From Marsupella aquatica (Eukaryota; Plantae; Marchantiophyta): DNA of 64,000 nt. Shown here one piece after another: positions 23,007 to 33,888 of this stretch. The notes under the pieces were generated by a model. It made no database searches. It was not told the origin of the DNA and worked only from the letters and a program-made list of their open reading frames with translations. The first letter of the stretch is position 1; each line of letters starts with the position of its first letter. The position numbers were made by a program, and so were the translations under genes. The DNA lies in contig OZ316894.1 of assembly GCA_973895155.1 (NCBI GenBank), forward strand, positions 2,248,457 through 2,312,456. The letters run 5' to 3'.

Positions 23007-26000
23007 TGTGGTGCGTCCCATGGCTCCCTAAACCCAAGAAACCCCCCAGCTCAAGCCGATTCCCGCAGGTTTCGTGCTTGGCGAGGCCGTTTCCGCGGCT
23101 TAGCGGCATGGGACGCTGCTAACCTTCTACTACTACTATTAACATTTTACACACATATACTGGACAGATCCTTCATCGGGTCATGAGATACGTAGCCGGC
23201 CTAATATAGGCCTTCCCCTGTCTTCCCCTGTCTTCCCCTCCGTCTTGTTAGGTATGTTTGGATTCCGCCGCCGAAATGATCCCCAATAGGCTTGGTTAAG
23301 CCGCTAAGACCTCTCTCAGCTCGACACATCCAACTCTCACTCCCCTGCTTACTTTCCTTCCTTCTGTTGATGTGGGCACTCTTCACACAAGTTAATGCGA
23401 CACACAAATAGCAAAATGACTCATTCTGACTGAGTCATACCATGCACTTGCCATACAAACAGTACATCTCATACACAAGTTCTGCGAACTAAGCCGTGAG
23501 GCCAACTCTATTCAGCTCTTAAGCATGAGGAAACATGAATATACACAAGGGTCACTGTATGACTAACCGAGAGCTTCTCGTACTACTTGATCCCAGCCCG
23601 GCTGGTGCAAACTAAAAACTTGCTAAAGAAGAGGCCCTGAGCTCCCCGCTGCCCAGGTACTTATCCTGGTAGTGGATCCGCCATTCTTTGCATCGTAAGC
23701 CTAATCTACCTGACAGTAATCTACTTGCCCGAATCTACCTATGTACAGCAAGGCAGGAGCACAAGTGTTGCTCCTACCAGTGGAACCGCAATCCCACTAA
23801 GCTAAGTGTCAGGGCCGCTCCTGGTTCTGATCCTAATCCTAAACGTGGAGATCCGCGCCCGCCCTGCCCACTCACGCCTCCTCCCTCCACGTCCGCCCTC
23901 CCTAAAAGGAACGGCGCCCTTGCACCGTCACGACACCGGTGGTGGATCCTTAATGGACGCCCCCAACGCTTCCTCCTCAGCCACTGCCGTAGGTTCATTC
24001 TCTAACAGATTACCTGCCCTTGACTGAGTCAACTCTCCATCGGCCTGACTGGGTCCACCTTCGGCTTCAGCCTCGACACCGGCCTCGGCAATACCCACGG
24101 CTTCGGCCTCAGCCACTCCCACGGCTTCGGCTTCAGCCACTCCCTCGGCTTCGGCCTCCCCTTCCCCTAGGGTAGTTGGATCCTTAGCCGTGACCCTGTC
24201 TGGGGTCGGTGCTGGGTCTACCTCCTTGATCACCACGGCCTGTGAAGTCGTATTACTCCTTGACCCTGAAGGTTTCCGCTTCTTCTTCGTTGGTGGCTCG
24301 GCAGCTGGTCCCTTCCCCTTCCCACTTACTTCCGGCACTAGTGCAGGTGGCGCGGCTTGTCCTTCGGCAATTACCACCCCTGGTAACTGGTTTGTCCCAA
24401 CGGGAGATGGACCTGCTGCAGCTAAGCATTTAAATACTGCGGCTTGTTTCTTCAGCCGCTCTGTTTGGTTGTCGGCCCGCCGCTGTAGGTTCTCCATCTT
24501 CCTCGTGATTTCCTCCAACTCCTCTTGGGTTTCATCCAGGTCCTTACGTGCCCCCTCCAGCTCGTTTTTGGCCTCCTCCTGCTCCCTGTGGGCTTCCTCC
24601 AATTCCTTCTTCAAGGTAGCCCTCTCCTCCTGGGTTGCTCTTAGCTCCTTGTCGAGCTCTGCAATGATGACAGACTCCATCTGGTTCATCTTGGCGTAAG
24701 TCTGTTCGAGTATCTCGTCCTTCTCCCTTAGGTCGGCCTTGAAGCTGGCCGTCAGGGACGCAAGCTCCTGCTGCAGCGCCATAATCCCTTGATAGGATTT
24801 CCCTAACTCGACCTCCTTCTGCTCAAGGGCTTCGCGGATTTTCTCGAGCTCCCCTTTCAACGCCCATTCCTTTCTTTGGGTCTCCGCCATGGCCCGGCTG
24901 TTGGCTGTTATGTGGGCCTCCTCTGTATTCTTCAGCTCTTGCTTCCACTTCTCCCTCTCTTTGATCGTGTCGGCCAACTCTTCCTGCGTCTGAGTCAGTT
25001 TATCCTTGATATTCTGATTATCAGCCTGCGCGGTGTCCAACTGCCCTTGCATGATGTTCAGCTCATGTCGTTTAATCCGCAGTTCATCTTGGGCTTTCTT
25101 GGCCGCCCTTAGATCTTCAATCTCGGCTTCCATCCTCCTAAGCCGCCGAATGACCTCGTCCTTCTTGCTTCTCTCTAAAGCCACCGCTTCTTCTAATTGG
25201 TGCTTCTCCAACTGCTCCCTCTGGAAAAAGGGTCCTACCTCCAACTCCTCTCCAAAGATGCCGAGCGCAAGTTCCCCACACATCTCACCATACTCCATGG
25301 CTCTATTCTTAGCGTAGGTGGAGTAAGTAGAAGTGATCGGCATCGCCCATCGTGGCCTCTGCTCCCAAGCCGTCCTGCGGATCTCTTCAATCGTGGCTAG
25401 AGGTTTGCTTCCTTTTTCGGCTAGCCGCCTGATGTCCTCCGGCCAATCTCCTCCTGGTAAATCCTTTTCCTTAGCCAGGGCGGCCTCTTCCTCCTGCTTG
25501 ATTCGCTCCTGAAATTCCTGCACCGTCTGTTTTATGCCGTCGAAGCTCGGGGGAGCAACATCTGGTGGGGGAGACTCAGGGCTACTCTGCTGGTTGGGGT
25601 CCCCTCGCACTACCCTTGGAAGTGTGGGGACAAACCGGCCACAGGTCCTTACTCCTGGAACGTGATGGTCCGACCCATAGCCGGAATTATCATGGCTGCA
25701 GTCCTCCACTGCCTCTTCTACCTCTTGGACGTCCGGCTTCTCCCTCTCCTCTTCGTCGGTAGGAGCTTCAGGCAATTCTGCCTCAGATTCGGAGCTTGAG
25801 GTTCCCACGTACATTCGAACACCTGGCTTGGATTCCGGCCTGATTCTCTCCTTGTCTCCAGCAAAGGGGTTTTCTCTTGTGAGCCGGTGTAGGCCTACCT
25901 CTGTAGTAGTGTCCTGCATTGTTGCCGTTGCCGTTGTTGTTGCCGATGCCGATTTCTTTTCTTTCTCCAGTAGTTTCAGCAGACTCTGCATGCCTGGTTG

Positions 26001-27666
26001 CTGCATCGGCAAGTCTTCCTTCCTGGGCCTAAACACCTGCTCGATCGTAGGACTAACAGGTGGTTGAGGCTTCTCAGCCAACGGCCTCGGCGTTGGAGCT
26101 TCCTCGGGTGCCCTTACCTGCAGGGGAAGTACCGGGGCAAAAGTCTGACCTCTGGCATACCGGCACAACAGCGGCATGTGATAGCCAAGCCGCGACACGC
26201 TCCCCATGCCGATTACCTGCTGCTCCTCCTTTAAGATCTTCTTCAATTGGTTGAGGAGGTACCCGTTGTAGTCCCAGCTTGGGTCTGGCCTTTCTGCCAG
26301 ATAGACCTGTGCCTTGCCGATCTCTGCCCTCGGCAAGTTACAATGCATGGTCACCCGCAAGAAGTCGATCATCTCTCCTATGTGCGGGTTGGTGCAGGTG
26401 TTCCGGAAGAAGCCATTCTTCGTTGATGGCCCGGGGAACGACCGGAACTCTTTGTCAGGCAGGGTCTTCCTGGTATCAACTTTGGTCTTATTGCCTATCG
26501 GCAGGCCAAACACTTCGGCAATTACCTTGGGAGTAAGATAGAAATCCTTCCCATATATCCTCGTGCAATTGGTCTCGGGTTCCCATGACCCCACGAATTC
26601 TAATAGGTCTGACTCCGGTACCTCCGGCTTCAGCCATGGTAATCTTACAAAGGCCTCCAAGCCGGATCCGGCCATGAAGCCTTGGTACTTCTTGGTCTGC
26701 ATGGCCGTAAAGCATGCATCCTCCTCCCGTGCAAAATGTAGTTGCACCTCCACCGGTAGGGTTGCCGCCCAGCCCTTCCAGGTGTCATCCCTGGTTGGAA
26801 TGGCCTTGATGGGATCGACCTCCTCCTCTTCGGCTTCTCCCTGCCTCCTGCTCTGCTGCTCGGCTGGCCTCTTTGGTGCCGCCGACCTCGTTCTTTTTGC
26901 CGGGGTGGCTTCATCGTTGACGGCCCCCTTCCTCTTCATCTCTGCTGCCGTGGAGGTTTCTCCTAGCACCATTGCCTGGGTCCACCTTTCCGTGCTACCC
27001 TTTAATTCCCAGTGTATGTCGTTGCAGTTCTTGATGGCCTCTCGGATGCCGACGACGCTGTCTTTGCAAAACAGAAGATCGTCGAGTTGATTGGAAGTAG
27101 GCGTCCACAGGAACTCGTCCTTGATGAGTTCGCCTCCTAAGAAAGCCGTCTTCTGCTGCTCCCACAATCGAGCGAGCTCCTGCCGTTCTCGAGCTGCCCT
27201 TTCTGATTCCTCGTCCTCGTAAGTCTTGATGTACTCAGTTGCCCGTTCGAACAGGCATCCCCAGAAATATGCCGCTTGATTGACGTTACTCATACCCTCC
27301 TTAGGTTGATCGTCGGTATCTACTCTCTCCCCGAGTGCTTGCCTAAGCAGCTAACAGTAGTTGGCCTCCCGTAGTCGTCTGCCTAGTTCGTGCTCGCAAA
27401 TGAGCCACCATCTCCTGCAAGCGCTCCTTACCCCTCTCCTCTGCCGGTCCTTCTTCCCGTTGATCCTTCCTAGCCGCCGACACTTAACGCGCCCTAACCC
27501 TAATCGGGTTTTCACCCTCAACCTTACCTCCGGCCTCTGCCCGGGTTCCATGGTTGCCCCTAATTGTTTATATTTTCCTTGTTTTGTCCCTATACTAAGG
27601 TGTTCCTAGGGTGCCTTCCTGCTTTACCCACTTAACCGGCCGAGTGATTCCTGTCTAGGCATCACA
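23007..27666 (-). repeat. 3' LTR (4,660 bp)
   Basis: Direct repeat of 33889-38548 at a constant offset of 10,882. No indels seen. Confidence 0.97.
23928..27551 (-). CDS. LTR-encoded PMD-like + coiled-coil protein, 3' LTR copy; CAG>TAG at 27351-27353 leaves 1,121 aa open from the ATG at 27293
   Basis: LLEFVGSWEPETNCTRIYGKDFYLTPKVIAEVFGLPIG resembles the plant mobile domain core (L..RW.PET.TF...GE..ITL.DV..LLGLPI.G). It is followed by a long E/K/Q/L heptad region and basic clusters (KRKG...KRTR, KKKRKP). No transmembrane stretch is visible. Confidence 0.75.
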
Positions 27667-30600
27667 TAGCTCCCCACTTAATTGTGAAGCGTCCTCGCGA
27701 ACAACTTCATCTTCGTCCATATAGTATTTCTTGAGGCGGTCATAATGGATGCGAACTGGATATACCTCTCCCGTAATGTTGGCCAATTGTACGGAGCCAT
27801 TGGGGAACATCATGGTTACTCTAAAGGGTCCTAACCAGCGAGTGTAAAGCTTTCCTGGAAACCTACTATACCTACTGTCATAAAGTAGCACAAGATCACC
27901 GGTATGAATACTAACTACTTTTAACCTTTTATCATACTGCTGCTTCATGATATTCTGTCTATATTCTACTCTCTCGGCTGAAATCATTCTCGCTTCCTCT
28001 AAAGCTTCTAACCTATATTCTCGCTCCTTTAGGCTCTCCTCCGCTGAGGCTCTTTCCTCAATTGTAACTTGAAATGTCGGTATCTCAAGTTGCATGGGTA
28101 CCAGGGCTTCTTGTCCAAAGGTTAAGAAGAAGGGTGTATGACCGGTAGTGGATTTATAGGCAAGATTGTAAGCAAAAACAGCAGCAAACAATTTATCATC
28201 CCAATCGAGTTTGTTCTGAGCTACTGTCTTGTTCAATATCTTTCCTATGATTCCGTTTGCTCGTTCTGTCAACCCGTTTGCCTTTGGATGGTAGGGAGTA
28301 GTAGGCCTATGTTTAACTAAATATTGCTCATTTAAACGACTAATTATATCATTCAAAAAATGGGTTCCTCTATCACTAACTAATTCTAGGGGTGCTCCAT
28401 ACCTGGTGAAGATCTGCTCATACATGAATCTAGCCGTAGTAATTGCATCATCCTTCGTTGTTGGTCTGGCCTCTACCCATTTAGTTGCATAATCCGTAGC
28501 CAGGATTATGTACTTGTTCCGTCGAGGGTGGGTCAGTGGTTTCAGAGGTCCAATGTAATCAATACCCCACTTCTCGAATGGTGCCAGAGGTAGAATAGGG
28601 TGCAGTGGATGCCTGGTGGACGCCCTTGGTCCTCCCGCTCGTTGACAAGGATCGCATTGTTTGATAAACTGATAGACATCTTTGTGCAAGGTGGGCCACC
28701 AGTAACCGGCATTTAATATCTTCTTAGACGTGGTTACTGGGGCAAAATGTCCTCCGGCCTCCTCTCCATGCATGGCCCGTAGGACTCGTTTTACCTCTCT
28801 CTTTTCCAAACATCTTTGAATCGTGCCGTTGATTCCATGCTTGTGCAGTATGCCTTTAATGCACTGATACTGTCTGACCTTCCGCACAAAGACTGCGGCT
28901 TGCTCTCGGCTTAATCCTGGCTGTAATCTGGAAGTGCTGAGAAATTGTAAAATCTCAGGGTACCATGTACCAGCTATTTCCACAACGAATAGCTCCTCGT
29001 CGGGGATCGATCATCGATGCAATCCGTGGCAGGTTTACCTGTGATCCTTGAAAAGAAGTCGGCATTGGCATGTAACTTTCCCGGCTTGATCCTCAGCTCA
29101 TAGTCAAACTCCTGTAATAGCAAAATCCATCTTGCTACTCTGCCTGTAAGGTCCGGCTTATTGACTAGGTACTTCAAACTTTCATGATCAGTATGAAAGA
29201 TTACCTTGTACCCTAGTAAATAATGCCTAAACTTTTTACAAGAATAAATGACTCCTAATGCTTCTCTTTCCGTGGTAGAGTAGTTCCGTTCGGCATCGGC
29301 AAGCTGACGGCTTGCGAAGTATATGGGATGGTCCCTTCCTTTCTCATCCAACTGACTTAGTACTGAGCCAATACAGAAGCCCGAGACATCTACAAAAACA
29401 TGAAAATCTTTGTTCCAGTCCGGTGCTATCATGACTGGGGCCTCTACTAACATCTGCTTCAATTCTACCACCGCTGTGACTCGTTCGGGTGTGGGTTCGA
29501 AGTCTGCTCCTGCCTTGAGCATATTGGTTAATGGTAAAGCCAGCTTGGCAAAATCCTTGATGAACCGGCGATAGTAACCAATGCATCCCAAGAAGGATCT
29601 TACATCCTTTATGTTCTTAGGTTGCATGATATCTAGCCATACTGCTAGCTTACCTTTGTCAATCTCAATGCCCTTCCTTGATACCTTGTGACCTAGTAGC
29701 ACCCCCTCGGTTACTGCAAAAAAACATTTATCTGGGTGTAACTTGAGACCCACCTCTCTACATCTCATGAAGGTTTTCCTGAGGTATTTAGCATGTTTCG
29801 ATGCCTTCCCGAATACTGCAAAGTCATCAATGAAGATTTCCATGAACTTTCTCAAGTAATCATGAAAAATGTTCACCATTAATCGTTGGAACATAGCTGG
29901 TGCGTTGCAGAGTCCAAACGGCATACGATTGAAGACATAGATCCCCCATTCCGTGATGAAGGCCGTCTTGATTTGGTCTTCCTGCCGAATCCTGATTTGG
30001 TTATAACCAGAGTATCCATCCATGAATGAATATAGTTCATGACTGGCTACCATGTCTAGTACCATATCAGTAAACGGTAAAGGAAAATGGTCTTTTAATG
30101 TTGCTTCATTCAGCTTCCTGTAATCCTGACAAACCCGGATCTTGGGTTTTCCATCGGGTCCAGCTTTCTTGGGAACTATCACAATTGGAGACACCCAGTC
30201 TGAATGCAGGACTGGAGTGATGAATCCAGCTTCCACTAGTTTGTCGATTTCTGTTTTGACCAGCAGGGAATACTTCGGGTTCATCCTTCGAATTGGTTGT
30301 CGAAATGATTTGGCTCCTAACATGAGATCAATTCGATGTTCCCCTAGTGTTGGATCTACTCCCTTTAGATCTTGGTGACTCCATGCAAACACATCCTGAA
30401 ATTCAATCAATAAGTCACTGATCTCTTTCTCGAGCTCAGGTGCTAGGTTTCTCCCTAAGTTCAGTTCTCTTCCCTCTCCTAAGTCGAGCTTCCGATATTG
30501 CCGTGCTTGGATCATATTAATCTGCTTCTTCAAATTCGGGTCCAGTTCGGCTTCCAGTCTCTCTAATCTCATACCTCCATAAACTGGGATCTCGGCTGGA

Positions 30601-33600
30601 CTAGCCGAGTCGGTCCCTTCCTTGGTGTCCATAGATTGTCCCCTTACCGGTCTATTCGGTTTTGAATTAGTGGTCGGCTCCCCTTCCTGCCTTGGCTCTG
30701 GATCGTGTCTGTCCATCTCATCCACTTCTTGCTCCTGAGAGTTAGGCCGCTGTGCTCTCTCGGCTTCTAATAGGGCCTCAATTTGTTCTGCCCTCGTAAT
30801 CGGCTTGTATGCCGATCCCTTGGTATTTAATTCCTTGCCGATGATCGATGGCGTTGTGGACCCTGCCGGCTCTGCCACAACGCCTGCAGAAAATTCACTG
30901 TCCCTGCTACTGCTCCCCACTTAGCCGTTTCATCCAATTGGTCTACATCCTTTACTTCCTCCGGAATTGCAGCTAAAAAGGTGGATTCTATTGTAAAGCA
31001 GTCCTCGACCTCTTCGTCTTCTTCTTCCAAGTCACCTTCCATTGGTTCTTGCCATAATCCGCTGGGGGGTACCTCTGGTCCAAAGACACCTTCTTCGGTT
31101 AGGTTAGTGAGGCATTCTAACCAACGTACTTCATCGGCTGACTCCAGTCCACTATCGTACCCATCTACTTCCCTTATGCTTTTCCTCCGGTCATCCTTAG
31201 TGTCCCAGGATACCGTGATAGAGGGGGTCCCGAAAGTGAACTGCTTTTTACCCCAATCTTCTATTACCTCGGCTAGGTACAGCCATGGCCTACCAATCAA
31301 TAGCCGGAATGACGTAGGATTTACCGGCTTCATACTACATAGTTAATGCTAAAGAAGATACCTCCTATCTCTGTCTTGATGCCGGTTAACACTCCCGTCG
31401 GAATGACCTGATATCCATTGGCCATGTTCAACACTCTTCCAGTCATCTCCGGTGTTAGACCCCACCCTTTTGCTGTTGAATCAATCATAATATATACCCC
31501 TGATCCTCCATCGATGGGTACCCGTAGTAATAATTCTCCTTGAATCATTAATGGTAATGCTGGGGCTCCTTGATCTTCTTCTATCATTAGTACGTCGGAT
31601 CTGGTTGCTACCTTGGGTAATCTCGGCTTGCCGAGAATAGCTTTCCTTAATTGCTTTCGGAAGTACGGGCTATTTTTCAATAGTTGACCTACTGTTGCCG
31701 AGACTCTAGATTCTAGTACATCTTTAGCCAGGTCATAGGGAACAATCGGCTTCTCTTCTGGTGGTGTTTCCGTCTTGGATTCGGCCAGTTTTGCCACGCT
31801 AGTCTCCACAGCTGTTGGGTCTTCCGAAGCAAACAATGCTTTTGCTCATTTTACATCCTTGGCAATGGCTTCGGTATTCTCCAGGGTTTCTAATTCTCTT
31901 AGTTGTTCCTTAACACTAGCCGTAACAGAGGGGTAGAACAACTTAGGATGATCTCGATTGAAGTCGCTATCTTGTGAAGGATTGGTTTCACTGGTGGGCT
32001 CATGGCTTACCTGTATTGCCGGAGCCCTCCCTTCTCCTTCTGTTGATGTTGACGAAGAGTCGATCCTTTCCTCCGTAACCTTCCCTTTATTTTTGGCCAG
32101 CCCATCCCACCTTTCCTTCCTTCTGGTAGATCGAGTAGAGACCCGGTAGCAATCATGATCTAAATCCTCCTCTGATAAGGTTGATAGGGCTTCGGCCTCA
32201 TCATCAGATGGTACGAACTCTGCCTCGGCATCCTCTTGCCATCCTAGTTCGATGTGGTTGATTTGAACTCCTCCGGGGGTAGTACCTGGCGGTAAGATCT
32301 TGATCGGCAAAAGCTTATGATTTGCGGCCAGGCCTGCCAACCAAGTAGGACATTGCCCTAGCATATGACCTTCCTGTCAGCATCCCATACATAGCTGAGC
32401 TGGTTGTCCATCACCCTGTTTGCGTGCATTCGGGCATTCTCTAGCAAAATGGCCAGGTTGACCACAATTATAGCACGCCGCAAATCTTTGCACATTCGGC
32501 CTAGGAGGTACTGACGGGTTCTGAATAATCCGAGGATACATCTCTCCTGGATTGTTCCTTAACCCTGACCACAGAGATGCAGGTCTGTTGGATAGGTCTC
32601 GTGCTCCAGTCTCACTGATGCCGAAAACACTATCAGCGGCATCTCCCAAAAAGTACTCTACTTCTCCCTGACATGGTCTGATCTCGGCCACATGCCGAAC
32701 ATGATTAGTATTAAGCTTAGGACACGCATCTTTATGGTGTCCGGTTTTATAACATAAGGCACACCATACAGAGCTATCCTCCTGTACTACCTTCTTCTTT
32801 GGTTTTACCTCTGCAATGATAGCCTTAAGTTGCTCGGTAAGGGCTACGATGTTATCTGGTGGCTTAGCCTCCATCTTGACTTTCGTCTTCCCTCTCCTTC
32901 TGCCCTTCCTTTTCCTAGTTTTTTCTTCTTCAGAACTAGAAGATGACTCACTCTTGCTACTCCCACTATCCGAGCTTGACTTATCACTTCTAGACTTCTT
33001 GGGATGTTTCTTCTTCTTATCTTTTTTCTTATGGGGTGATCCCTCCTCTGATGAGGAACTCTCAGACTTAAGCTGTTTCTTCCGGCTTGTGATATCTGCA
33101 TTAATGTATAATTGAATATCCTTAATTGCTTCGGCTAAAGTCTCCGGGTTCTCCTTCCTAATTGCAAAACTCATCTTCTGTGGCAAAGCATTCACCAACC
33201 ATTGAAGTTGCATACCTTCAGATGCATTGGTCTTTGTACGTCTTACCAGTTTCTGAAAGCGTTGCAAGAACTTCCTGAAGGATTTGTTCTCCTTGAACCG
33301 AAGTTGTCCCAACTTCAGCACTGCTAGTTCTGAAGTTCCAATGGGTCGAAACTCCTTAACAAAGAGTGTTTTGAAGATATCCCAGATGGCTTGATCTTCC
33401 ACATCTAATGCTCTGTACCAAGGCCTAGCCTCACCCTTGAACAGGCCGGGAAGAATCTGCATCTTGATGGCCGATTCTCCATTTGCTGCAGCGGTTCCCT
33501 CGAAATCATCCAACCATTCGTCCGGATCCTCATCTCCTCTCCCATGAAATGCCTTGTAATGTATGCGCGACCGCTGGCTCAATCTGGTCCCTGGCCTCTC

Positions 33601-33819
33601 GTCTGGCCGTGCCTCTGGTTCCCCCATGTCGGTTGGAGACTCACTTCTCCTTACCGACTCTTTTTCTGGTATGTCTTCTTCGACGCCACTTCCAGTTTTG
33701 GAGCTACCAGCTCTTTCTGCCCCTCTCAGTCGCTGTGTATCATGCCACCCGGCGAGCTGCTGCAGTCGAGCTCTCTCCCGTTGAATCACTCTTTCTTCCC
33801 TCGGCGTAAGGTCAGTCAT
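27655..33819 (-). pseudogene. gag-pol polyprotein with 2 nonsense codons and 3 apparent -1 frameshifts
   Basis: Gag F.G...EDPDEWL plus three CCHC knuckles. Protease IDGGSG. RT WVSPIVIVPKK, RVCQDYRKLN, DGYSGYNQI, MPFGLCNAP, FIDDF. RNase H DVSG...ERNYSTTEREAL...TDH. Integrase H...GGHF...CDPCQR, WGIDYIGP, SDRGTHF, GLTERAN, WLGPF. TGA stops at 32377 and 31846. Frame changes near 31333, 30827-30920 and 29005. Confidence 0.93.
27667..27680 (-). other. Polypurine tract (TAAGTGGGGAGCTA) directly before the 3' LTR
   Basis: Purine-rich, G-run-containing tract immediately 5' of the LTR TG on the element strand. Confidence 0.7.
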
Positions 33820-33865
33820 TACCTACGCTTCCGTTCTAACTTCATATCTCACGGCTTAAGAAATG

Positions 33866-33884
33866 CCCCCTCCATCTAGCGCCA
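33866..33884 (-). other. Primer-binding site TGGCGCTAGATGGAGGGGG
   Basis: Begins TGG, 4 nt after the CA end of the 5' LTR. The cognate tRNA was not identified. Confidence 0.75.
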
Positions 33885-33888
33885 AAAA

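Noticed and set aside
24190-27090. Plus-strand ORFs of 169-175 aa antisense to the LTR gene, and similar antisense ORFs over pol, TnpD and the helicase
   Set aside because: These are Ser/Phe-rich shadow frames expected opposite Glu/Lys-rich coding sequence.
23928-27293. The 1,121-aa coiled-coil ORF as a host SMC/myosin-like gene or a retroviral env
   Set aside because: It lies wholly inside both LTRs. It has no ATPase motifs, signal peptide or transmembrane segment.
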